Shown: positions 26,401 through 45,594 of the stretch, in pieces
How the letters are laid out: every line of letters begins with the position of its first letter
Numbering within the stretch: position 1 is the first letter of the stretch
Assembly (NCBI RefSeq): GCF_009914755.1
Contig: NC_060941.1
DNA length: 64,000 bases
Origin: the human T2T-CHM13v2.0 reference genome, Homo sapiens
Strand: one strand, 5' to 3'
Program-made: the position numbers and the translations under genes
Notes under the pieces: generated by a model
Databases searched by the model: none
What the model saw: only the letters and a program-made list of their open reading frames with translations
Told to the model about the DNA's origin: nothing

Positions 26401-27081
26401 GCGTTAAAGGAAAAGTTTATAGTGCTAAATGCATACATTGAAAAGTTAGAACGATATCAAATTAACAACATAACATCAACCTAGAAAATCTAGAAAAACA
26501 AGAGTAAATTAATATCAAAGTTAGCAAAAGAAAAAAATTAACCAAAATTGGAGCTGAAGTGAATGAAATTGAGAAGCAAAAAATACAAAAGATCTACAAA
26601 ATCAAAAATTACTTCTTTGAGAAAAGATAATTTTTATAGACTGCTAGCTAGACTAACAAAGAAAAAAGAGAGATGATTCAAATAAACACACTGATAAATA
26701 ACAAAGGGGACATTACCACTGGCCCCCCAAAATACAAAAAACCCTCAGAGACTATTATGAACACCTCTATGCACACAAACTAGACAACCTAGTAGAAATT
26801 AATAATTTCCTGGAAATACACCACTTCTAAAGGTTGAATTACAAAGAATTTGAAAAAATGAAAAGACAAATAATGTGTTCTGAAATTAATCAGTAATAAA
26901 AAGCCTACCAACCAGAAAAAGCCCTGGAAAAGATGGATTCACAGCCAAACTCTGCCAGATGTGTAACGCAGATCTGGTACTATTTCTAGTGAAACTATTC
27001 CAAAAAAGTGAGGAGGAGGTATTCCTTTCTATCTCATTCAGTGAGCAAACATCATTCTGATGTTAAAAACTGTCAGAGATA
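23450..27081 (+). mobile_element. L1PA15/16-like L1, 5' part (5'UTR remnant, ORF1, ORF2 endonuclease region)
   Basis: aaaggacagcaacttcaaaga...ggctgaaatggctgaaatgacaga (ORF1 start region); ORF2 gtaaatgggctaaatgccccacttaaaagg; many stops. Confidence 0.85.
24777..25274 (-). mobile_element. ERV1 solo LTR (MER66-like) nested in L1 ORF1
   Basis: TG...CA ends; perfect 4-bp TSD TATT (24773-24776 and 25275-25278); host L1 ORF1 is contiguous across the insertion. Confidence 0.75.
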
Positions 27082-28119
27082 GGGATGTATCATTCCAAGA
27101 TGGCCGAATAGGAACAGCTCCAGTCTGCAGCTCCCAGCGTGATCGACACAGAAGACGGGTGATTTCTGCATTTCCAACTAAGCTACCTGGTTCACCTCAT
27201 TTGGACTGGTTGGGCAGTGGGTGCAGCCCATGGAGGGTGGGCCGAAGCTGGGTGGGGCATCACCTCACCCGGGAAGTGCAAGGGGTTGGGGGATTTCCCT
27301 TTCCTAACCAAGGGAAGCCATTACAGACTGTACCTGGAAAAATGGGACACTCCTGCCCAAATACCAGGCTTTTTCCATGGTCTTAGCAACCAGAAGACCA
27401 GGAAATTCTCTCCTGTGCCTGTCTCGGCAGATCCCATGCCCACAGAGCCTTGCTCACTGCTAGCGCAGCAGTATGAGATTGACCTGCGAGGCTGCAGGCT
27501 GGTAGGGGAAGAGGCATCTGCCACTGCTGGGGCTTGGGTAGGTAAACAAAGTGGCCAGGAAGCTTGAACTGGGCAGAGCCCACCACAGCTCAGCCAGGCC
27601 TACTGCCTCTATAGACTCTACCTCTGTGGGCAGGGCATAGCTAAATAAAAGGCAGCAGAAACAGCTACAGACTTAAACATCCCTGTCTGACAGCTCTGAA
27701 GAGAAAAGTGGTTCTCCCAGCATGACGTTTGAGTGTTGAGAATGGACAGACTGCCTTTTCAAGTGGGTCCCTGACCCCCGTGTAAACTAACTGGGAGACA
27801 TCTAGTAGGGGCTGACAGACACCTCATGCAGGTGGTTGCCCCTCTGGGATGAAGCTTCCAGACAAGGATCAGGCAGCAATATTTGCTGTTCTGCAATATT
27901 TGCGGTTCCGCAGCCTCTGCTGGTGATACCTAGGCAAACAGGGTCTGGAGTGGACCTCCAGCAAACACCAACAGACCTGCAGCTGAAGGACCTGACTATT
28001 AGAAGGAAAACTAACAAACAGAAAGGAATAGCATCAACATCAACAAAAAGGATATCCACACCAAAACCCCATCAGTAGGTCACCAACATCAAAGACCGAC
28101 GGTAGATAAAGCAACGAAG
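27082..28119 (+). promoter_or_regulatory. L1 5'UTR internal sense and antisense promoter, with YY1 site
   Basis: YY1 motif CAAGATGGCCG at 27096-27106; established L1PA promoter architecture; CpGs partly decayed. Confidence 0.65.
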
Positions 28120-28786
28120 ATGGGGAGAAACCAGAGCAGAAAAGCTGAAAATTATAAAAACCAGAGTGCCTCTTCTTCTCCAAAGGATCACAGCTCTTCG
28201 CCAGCAATGGAACAAAGCTGGACGGAGAATGACTTTGACGAGTTGACAGAAGTATGCTTCAGAAGGTCGGTAATAACAAACTTCTCCGAGCTAAAGGAGC
28301 ATGTTCTAACCCATCGCAAGGAAGCTAAAAACCTCGAAAAAAGGTTAGATGAAAGGCTAACTAAAATAAACAGTGCAGAGAAGACATTAAATGACCTGAT
28401 GGAGCTGAAAAACATGGCACGAGAACTTCGTGACGCATGCACAAGCTTCAGTAGCCAATTCGATCAAGTGGAAGAAAGGGTATCAGTGATTAAAGATCAA
28501 ATTAGTGAAATAAAGTGAGAAGACAAGTTTAGAGAAAACAGAGTAAAAAGAAACTAACAAAGCATCCAAGAAATATGGGACAATGTGAAAAGACCAAATC
28601 TACATTTGATTGGTATACCTGAAAGTGACGGGGAGAATGGAACCAAGTTGGAAAACACTCTGCAGGATATTATCCAGGAGAACTTCCCCAACATAGCAAG
28701 GCAGGCCAACATTCAAATTCAGGAAATACAGAGAACACCACAAAGTTACTACTCGAGAAGAGCAACCCCAAGACACATAATTGTCA
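27082..28786 (+). mobile_element. L1PA6/7-like L1: complete 5'UTR and 5' part of ORF1; 3' part missing
   Basis: caagatggccgaataggaacagctcc start; ORF1 MGRNQSRKAEN.. at 28120 with a premature TGA at 28516-28518; upstream TT|AAAAACTGTCAGAGATA endonuclease-type site. Confidence 0.9.
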
Positions 28787-29548
28787 CTAATCGTCAGAGA
28801 AATACGAATTAAAACCACATTGAGATACCATCTCACACCAGTTGGAATGGCTGTTGTCTAAAAAGTCGAAAAATAAGAGATACTGGCAAGGCTGCTGAGA
28901 GAAGGCAATGTTTATAAACAGCTGGTGGGAATGGAAATTAATTCATCTATTGTGGAAAGCAGTTTTCTGATTTCTCAAAGAACTTAACAATTGAACATTC
29001 AATCCAGCTATCCCATTATTGGGTATATACTCTAAAGAGTATAAGCCTTTCTCCCATAAAGACACATGCAATCATATGTTCATTGCAGCACTATTCACAA
29101 TAGTGAAGACATGGAATCAACATAAATGCCCATCAAAGGTAGATTGGATAAAGAAAATATGGTACATATGCACCATGGAATACTACACACCCATAAAAAG
29201 GAATGTGATCATATCCTTATCCTTTACAGCAATAATGAGGAATTGGAAGTCATTATTCCAAGTGAAATAATGCAGGGAGAAAAAAGCAAATACTGCATGT
29301 TCTCATTTATAAGTAGGAGCTAAACATTGAGTTCATATGGACACAAAGAAGGAAACAATAGATACCAGGGCCTACTTGAGGTTGGAGGGTAGGACGAGCA
29401 TGAGAAACAAAGAACTATGTACTGTACTATGCTTATCACTTGGGTGACAAAATAATCTGTGCACACAACCCCCCTGACAGTCAATTTACCTATATAACAA
29501 CTTGCACCTGTACCCTTAAACCTAAAATAAAAGCCTAATAAATAAATA
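28784..29548 (+). mobile_element. L1PA15/16-like 3' end (ORF2 C-terminus, 3'UTR, A-rich tail)
   Basis: [30 protein letters not shown]; 3'UTR gggcctacttgagg..aaataatctgt..aacctaaaataaaag. Confidence 0.85.
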
Positions 29549-30458
29549 CATAACTTAATTAATTTTGACAATGGAAGAGGGTTGGCCTACACCAGTAAGC
29601 AAAAATGGAAAGTTGAAGATGCCAAGCTAGTTAATATTGAGGAGACAGAATAACCTTAACTAATGACTAGTGATGCTAGTTATTTGAACTTTGAAGCTCA
29701 ATGCTTTACTTATCACTCTTCCCTTTCCCACTACAATCTCCATAAGTGCACATGTTGGGAGGTAAATTTGTGTGCTAGACAGTATGCTATTCTCAAAATT
29801 GCCCTTTCCTTCATGTAAGTACTGTTTTAAGACACTTTTATAATGATCATGATTGTCCTGCTTGGCTCTGTTTCCTAAGTAGTCAGATCTTACCCACAAA
29901 GCACCTCAATCATTCCTGAGAAGATGTTCCTGAATTGGCATTCCAGTACTTCATCTCACTTTTATTGATATATCTGAAAAGGAGGGGAAGACAGAGCTGA
30001 GGAGCAAACTATAACAACCTGCTTTGAAGATATTGACTTTTCACTATTAAATTCAATCAGAATATTTTCTTTTTTTTTTTTCACTAAAAATAACTCTCTG
30101 TCAAGCACACTTATTCCTATTAACAATACCTGTTATTAATCTGTTCCTAAAGCTTCTGGTAAACTTTATGACTTGTTTAATTTTAACCTTTATTATTTTT
30201 AAAAAAATACATTTAATCCTTGAGCCAACTACATATAAGTTATTAGTGTCATTTCCTCTAGGTAACTATTGGGCTATGTTTAAAGAGTCTATGGTGTACC
30301 AGGTAATGAAAAGGAACAATCTTTGCCTGCTACCTTTCCTATAATTACTATTTAGTCTTTATTGTTTAAAGTCAAGTTGCATGAAATGTTAGAGGCCTCT
30401 TGCCAGCATTTATCTACAGTGATTAGTCAGAGAAGAGCTTCCGCTCTAGCATTTTTCA

Positions 30459-30881
<423 letters not shown>

Positions 30882-31479
30882 TTAATCAAACATGCAACAG
30901 TGGAGGCATGAGAGTATGTCAGTTGACAATATAAAATGAAGAAGTGCTTTGCATCAAGAACGAGATGGACTATGATGAAGCTTTTTCTCTATTACACAAA
31001 AAAATCTGTATAATCTTTTAAATACAAAACTATGCCCTTCTTTAGAGGATTAAAACAAAACTGTGCAGAAAATGAACTATCCAATACTAAAATGAGAAAA
31101 CATGAGAATTGAAACAACCTCATAAAATGCTGTAGCTTTCAAGCCCCTGAAAGCAATAATGATACTAAAAAGGGAAATTAGGCAGCCTTTTTAGTTTTTT
31201 TTTGAGGTCTTAATAAAGATCTTCAGCTACATCTTTGAATTATTGTACCCCAAGCTTCAGTTTGTATCATACAATCTACCATAGAGACATTAGAAGGTTT
31301 CTGACTTTTCATCTGATTGACATTGAAAGCCAAAACAAGTTTTGAACAGAAGATTCCTTTTAAGGATAACCCTGTTGTTGGTTAAAAATTGTCTTTCTTG
31401 GGAGTGGTAGAGGGAGGAGATCAAGTTTATAAGCAAGTTATAAAGTTAAGAATAAATTTTTAATAACCCAAATAAGAGA

Positions 31480-31845
31480 AAATGGTGACTTGAACTAGGA
31501 TGGTGGGTGTTTATGTGGTGAAAAATATATCTTGGATATATTTTGCATTTAAACCCAGGGAGATTTTCTGGCAGATCACATGTAAGAGAAAAAAGACAGA
31601 AGTTAAAGACGACTTCAAGAATTATTGCCTGAACAACCATAACAATAAAGTTTTCATTCATTGACATGAGGAATCAGTCAGTGCGTACTGCTTCTGTGCA
31701 TCTGGTGATAGCAGTGGATGGATTAGTGAATTTCCAGAGTGATATATCAGATATGCTAAGTTTGAGAAGCCTCTCAGATATCCAAAAGAAGATATTCAGT
31801 GGAGAGTTAGATACATGAATCGGCAGTTCATGGAAGATGCCAGAA
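31480..31845 (-). mobile_element. L2 fragment
   Basis: atgctaagtttgagaagcct..gatatccaa..gaagatattcagtggagagttagatacatgaatc matches antisense L2. Confidence 0.65.
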
Positions 31846-32179
31846 TTTTCACTTTGATTTTTACCTCCACATCCACATAACATCATCTCATCAGAGCAAA
31901 AATTGCACTGGACAAAGTGGAACAAGCCAGGGAGATTTTACTCAAGGCTGTTGCTATAAGAAAGAGAGACCAGAACTGAACTCCACAGGAACAAAAGGAA
32001 AGAGGTGTTTTAAGAGCTGGGATGGGGAGGGACCTTAGGCCATTATTTTGTGTTTGCCCAAGGAAAAGTCAACTTTCTCATATCTTTATGATAGGAGGTA
32101 GTTTTATAACTTGGAATGAAGTGGCCACTGAGAAGAAATTAAATACCTACCCCCCACAGAGACTGGGTCATCCAGGTAC

Positions 32180-32566
32180 TGATATGGTTTGGCTGTGTGT
32201 CCACACCCAAATCTCATGTTGAACTGCAATCCCCAGTGTTACAAGAGGGGCCCTGGTGAGAAGTGATTGAATCATGCAGGTGTACTTCCGCTTTACTGTT
32301 CTCATGATAGTGAGTGAGTTCTCATGAGAGATTTGGTTGTTTAAAAGTGTGTGGCACTTCCCACTTCACTCTCTCTCTCCTGCCCTACCATGTGAAGATG
32401 TGCCTGCTTCCCTTTTGCCTTATGCCATGATTGTAAGTTTTCTGCGGCCACCCCAGCCATGCTTTCTGTACAGCCTGCAGAACTGTAAGTCAATTAAACA
32501 TCTTTTCTTCATAAATTATCCAGTCTCAGGTAGTTCCTTATAGCAATGCAATAATGGATTAATACA
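32180..32566 (+). mobile_element. MSTA MaLR solo LTR
   Basis: tgatatggtttggc...taataca; perfect 5-bp TSD GGTAC (32175-32179 and 32567-32571). Confidence 0.9.
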
Positions 32567-32730
32567 GGTACTATCTTCGAAGTTTGATGATTATCTTTCA
32601 TAAGAATGGCTCCTATTTCCTTGAGAAAGACATTCCTGGCTTTTAAAACTGTCAAAAATCCTTCAAAAGATGTACATCTCAAAGTGGCAGAGACAGAATT
32701 TACAATGACAAGCGTTCTAAGAAAACAGAG

Positions 32731-34881
<2,151 letters not shown>

Positions 34882-35048
34882 AAGAAAACGGAGAGGAAGC
34901 TGCTGTAGTTTGGCTAAGGTGCTGTAGTTAAGGGTGGGAGTCAGTGATAAGAGAGAAGTCAGGGACCAAGAAGCAGGGTAAGGCCTGTCTATAACTTAGT
35001 CTAGTTCAAGCTCAAGAAAACATTGAGACCATTTTGGTCAGTCTTTTT

Positions 35049-35178
35049 TAGGGTGACCATATAATTTATTGCTTAAGCCAAAATACTCTAGGGATGGAAA
35101 GGATATTATTATTAATTAAACTGGATAATAGGTGTAGATCAGGACTTTCTCATCAAACCCAGATGGATGGTTATTCCA
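35049..35178. mobile_element. MER94-like hAT-Blackjack MITE
   Basis: Starts tagggtgaccatataatttat; decayed inverted end atggttattcca; ~130 bp. Confidence 0.65.
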
Positions 35179-36434
35179 CCTGTCACATCTTCATGCCATT
35201 TTCATACAACATGGAGTGCAGCATAAAGGTATCATGAGATGTAATATATCTGTGAAGATAAATAAAACTTACTTTAAAAATAACATCTGAAACAGATTGC
35301 CAGGAAAAAGTGTATTGACACCAAATATTTCAGAAAGATGTATTATGAAGGTAATTTGGCCTGGTTCATCCTTTAAGATCCAGCCCAGGTTTCATATCCT
35401 ACATCTGCAGAGTTCTCTATGTATTTCTCAAGCATTTATTTTTTCTGCTCACTTGTCTCTCCTCACAGCAAAACTTGAGCACACTGAGAACATGAACTTT
35501 CTCCTTTATCATTGATACTTTAACTCATAACTTTAACTCAGTAAGTTGATTAAAATAACAGGGAGGGTACATAGGGAGTCAAAGTTTTGAACATGATTTT
35601 GAGCTTCAATGACTGCTAGAAGATTTGTAAAATGAATAGAAATGACACTAACAGAAGGTGTTTAGCACTGCTGTTTTATGCCGTATGGGATTTAGATTAT
35701 ACTACACAGGCGATGGGGCAGGGTGGGAAGAGACTAATATATTTACCTAATGGTATCCTAATGCTGTTTGTTGCATTCTGCTCTATATTTTCTTCCTGCG
35801 GAATGTGCTTGTTTCCCATTAGTGCTTCATGAATTAACCATAACTGCCACTAATGTAATTAAAATATTGATTGCCAAGAGGAAGTGAAGATTCAGCATTA
35901 ATTCATTGAGCAAAAACTTATTGAGTCCTATTATATATCATTCCTTGAAATAGGCTCCAGGAATATATATAATAGCAAGTCATTATCTTGGCTGCACAAA
36001 CATTGGAATAGAATTGAATTATAAAATAGTGCAAAATGTCATTTTATGGCTCTAAACCCACAAGATAAATTCTCTTCTTTGACTAACTTTGTTTCCAAGT
36101 AGTAAGAACTCCCCCAGTATATCAAAAATGGATCTCATGTGGCAGGTATGTGGTTGCTGGTTTAGTATGCTATGGCCATCTCTGAATGGCGTGCCCAGAA
36201 GCCCTGAAACTGCCCAGATAATTTATAAACTCATGGGTGTATCAAGTGAGTCAATGTTGTGCCTATACCTATTCTGGGAGTCTCTCATTACAGAAACAGT
36301 ATTCATCTTTCTCTGAACCATCTAACACCTTTCACTTGACCCCATAAGTTTTCCCTTCGCAAGACTCTATCTTAGCAGGGTGAATTCATTCCCTACCTTT
36401 TTAATGGTAAACCTGGCTTATAATATTCACTATA

Positions 36435-37157
<723 letters not shown>

Positions 37158-37754
37158 TAGCAAGTATTTATTGAGAATATGTGATGTGACAGGCACTGTG
37201 ATAATCTTTGTAATAAGCCAACCAGTTTGGCATTGTTATTAATTTTAGTTTACACAGAGGAATTTCAGTCTCTTTCCCAATATCAAATAATCTGACTCCA
37301 GAGCCCACATTCTTAAATATGTTACGTACCTATAAATTTGCTGTCATCACAGGTGCCCACTGATTATTCTATATTATCAAGCAGTTTAATGATTCTGCTA
37401 GGAGTATCCAGGTGATCTCACCACTCTTGCCCTCCATAGATACCCAGAAATAGTCTATTAGGTTGAATATGCAGCATAAAGCCACATGCAGAAAACATCT
37501 TTGTAACACAGACAGAAACAACACATGGAGTCCGATGCCTAAAGATTATTAAGAAATACAAGAAAGTGCAAAATACATTTGAGATCAAAAGTACTGAGGC
37601 CTGGTATTGTGGAGAAACAGTTATCTAATTCAAATTAAATATGAGTGGATTGTTGTAGGTATAGAGAGGTTGGGGGTGAATGTACCAACTGGGGATAAAA
37701 CTGAAAAGTTAAGACAGGATTGTCCACCATGTTTGTGAATATCATGTTAGCCTC

Positions 37755-38058
37755 TGGGCTTATCGTGTTGCAATGAAAACGTGTTTAAGTTTTCATGTGA
37801 TGAGATTTGTGATTTTAAAGGGATTAAGGAAGACTTCTCTAATGCCAATGGGGAGGACAGAAAAATCAGGTTGCCCAACATGACTGCTACTGAAATTGCC
37901 CAAGCAAGAAATGATGAAAGCTGATCTAGTGCAGTGATGGTAGAAAGCAAGAGAAGCAAAGGAATTATTCGGACATTCCTGGAGTAGATCTATAGAATTT
38001 ATTGATTTATTGAATGTCAGGGATGCAGGAGAGAAAACTGTCAAAGAGGCCTGCAAGT
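37755..38058 (-). mobile_element. L2 fragment
   Basis: Reverse complement resembles L2 (catcatttcttgcttgggcaatttcagtagc..ccctttaaaatcacaaatctcatca). Confidence 0.55.
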
Positions 38059-38084
38059 CCTTGTGATGATTCCCTACAGTGGAT

Positions 38085-38612
38085 TCCTTATAAGGACTTC
38101 AAGCTCCCATACAATCTGGCCCCTACTCATCTCCCTGATCTCATCTTATATTCCCCTTACCCTCCAACTGCACTGACCTCATTACTCTTCCTGGAATGTG
38201 TCAGACAAGCCCCTGTTTTAGAGCATTTGTACTTACTCTTCCTTTTCCCTGGAGTACTTTTCTCCATGAACTCTCCATGTTTGAAGTTCTCAAGTCTTCC
38301 AGGTCTTACTTTCTGAGTAAGGCTAACATTGATCACATAGCCACAATTGTACACACACACACAAACACACACCTCTACCCAACTGGGCACTGCCTATCCA
38401 CTTGCCTGCATAGTTCTTTTCTTAGCTCTTAACACCACTTGACATGCTATACATATAAAAAAACTATATAATTAGTTTTTTTCTGCGTTATTATTTTTCC
38501 CACTCTAATGCAAGCTTGTTAAGATGTGATTTCTGTCTATTTTGCTCACTGCTGCAGTTTTGGTGTCTATGAGAGCATGTGCAAACACTAATTTAGTTTA
38601 ATAAATTAATTT
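38085..38612 (+). mobile_element. L2a 3' end
   Basis: catacaatctggcccctactcatctccctgatctcatc ... aatgcaagctt...gtctattttgctcactgct...aataaatt. Confidence 0.65.
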
Positions 38613-39354
38613 CTAGATCAGCTGAGTCAGTGAATGGTGGCCTCATTTTAAAAGAATGCTGTTTTCTCAAATTTTGGGTGACCTCTGACTTCGTTATTTT
38701 TATTTTGGATGACCAAATATCACATCTGTAACTTAAAAACACAATCACTTGCCTACACACATGCGTGCCTGCATGCATATGCATATACATGGACACACAC
38801 ATACACATTCACACACAAAAGGCGCCCCCTCATCTTAAGGTTATCTGTTAGTACCAAACATGGATTTTTATCTATAGCATTGAAATATGCATCATTGCCT
38901 TTATGATTTTCTGAAGTTGTATTAATCACCTGCCTTAATGTTAAACCTAAGTAGACACTTTGCTCCACCATTTTAAAGTTTTAAACTCAGCTGCAAAGAT
39001 CTACAATTTGTTATTATTTTCAGTGCTAAAGCTAGAGGATTTTTTTTTCAAAGACGACATTCAAGTCTACTTATTTACCTGTCACCAACTATAGAACTGA
39101 ACTGTTAATCATAAGCACTTTATAAGCAGATCCAGGCAACTGCATAAGAGAAAATGACACAGTTTAACCAGACTCTGAAAGATAGATGCATATTTTGATT
39201 CACACCTGTACCAAAGAGAAGAGTCATGTCCATACGACTTAAGGCTCTCTAGACATAACTGCTATATGTTTTTATGATAGACCTCTAGAATGTGCCAGTT
39301 TTCTGTATCAGAGAGGAATCAAGAGAAATACTTCTTCTAAAGAACTGGGGAGGA

Positions 39355-39723
<369 letters not shown>

Positions 39724-40199
39724 TCAGGTTTTTTGGGCATTAAAATTACTTCTTCCAATAAACCATTTCCTACAGTTTATATAGTGTGAGCTTTAAAACA
39801 AAAGAGAGAATTATTTCCTTACTTGAATTCTTCCCAAAGCAATCTGAACATTTCATAATCTATTCCAAAGCAATGCGAAGAGATCATCAATTCTCTAAGA
39901 ATATAATTTCCATACATGTTGGCCTGGATTAAAAAGAAAAGAAGTTTATTTCCTTAAATGGCAGATTTGAGTGCTGTATGACCCATATGGCTAAAAATAA
40001 AACAAATACAAAAAAAGATTTTACTGAAAGATCAAGGATAAAAATGAATACTGGCTGGCTAATGAACTCAGCATCTGACAATAATTACTGACAATATTAA
40101 ATATGTACCCAAAATATAACCTCAAAAAAAACAGGTTTGTTTATCCTATAAATAAAGCAGTCCAAAATGTTGAAAGGCATAATTTGGTTAAGACATAAT

Positions 40200-41470
<1,271 letters not shown>

Positions 41471-41871
41471 GCCAAGTTTTAAAGCAAGCTACAGAAGCAA
41501 AGGGATTTAACAAAGGCCATGGTTATTTCCATGTGATGGCAAGCCTTCTGGCAGAGTTAGTACTTGAATCATAATGGGCATGAAGCTAAAAACTGGATTG
41601 ACTGCAGGGGAAATAAATAAAGGTGCCCCAAAGGCATTATTTAAATACTCAATTTGTTTTAACTCCTTTAGCAATCCCACCAGGGAGCATGACATTTTTA
41701 GCTTACTGGCACGTCAATAATTTTTCTACCACAAAAAAGAGAAAGGCTATCTGCTCAACTAGAGATAGGGGTATGAGGAGTGTCATTTGTTTGTATTCTA
41801 CCACTGGCATGATTTGAGATCTTTATGTAGGAGACATCCACAAGAATAAACATTATCCCCCAACCATGCAT

Positions 41872-44890
<3,019 letters not shown>

Positions 44891-45594
44891 TCAAATTTAT
44901 CTCCAAACTTCAGTTATTTGAATGATTATGGTAATAGGCATCCCATATCAAAACATGTCCATGACCCTTAGCAGATAAAATTTGTTTGTGGCTAGACACT
45001 CCATTCAAGCTGGACAAATTAGTGACTTTCTGAGGACTCTGGATACTTGGACCATATTAAGAAGCTAATGCCCCATTTAGGCCCCTTATTGCCTTGGGTC
45101 ATTCAGATGTGTCCCAGTGTGTTAATCATAAATCTTCCTTTTGGGTAGACTGATTACTTTTGGGTTTCAGTCACTTTCAAATAAAACAAATGAAAGAGGC
45201 AAGCCTCAGACAAGTCACAGCATAGCCCGGTAATAGTGGTGCTGGTAATGATAATCAGGTATTTTTGGATAATCCAAATAATTTGTAGTACTTTTTCAGA
45301 AAATATAACGTATCAAGTATTAAACTAGGGAATGCAGATATAAAAGTAACATCTCCAAGATGGGCAAATAAATATCATACATTGTTTAAATGCTATGACA
45401 AAGATATGTGAAATTTTAGTCCAAGTCAGATTAGTAATTGATTCTTCTTACTCTTTTGAAGTGGCATTTCTAGTAACAAACCAACATTTTATGTATATAA
45501 TATACATTAATAATTATCTTTTAACAATAAATATCTCATTTTATTAGATTAAAATCTGTTGATAAATAATATTATTAGATTTCATAATGGGGAT

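Noticed and set aside
20865-27081. Single giant 5'-inverted L1 (the minus piece starts at about the ORF2 position where the plus piece ends)
   Set aside because: The minus piece has an L1MA/PB-type 3'UTR, while the plus piece is L1PA15/16-like and has its own 3' end at 28784-29548; two elements fit better.
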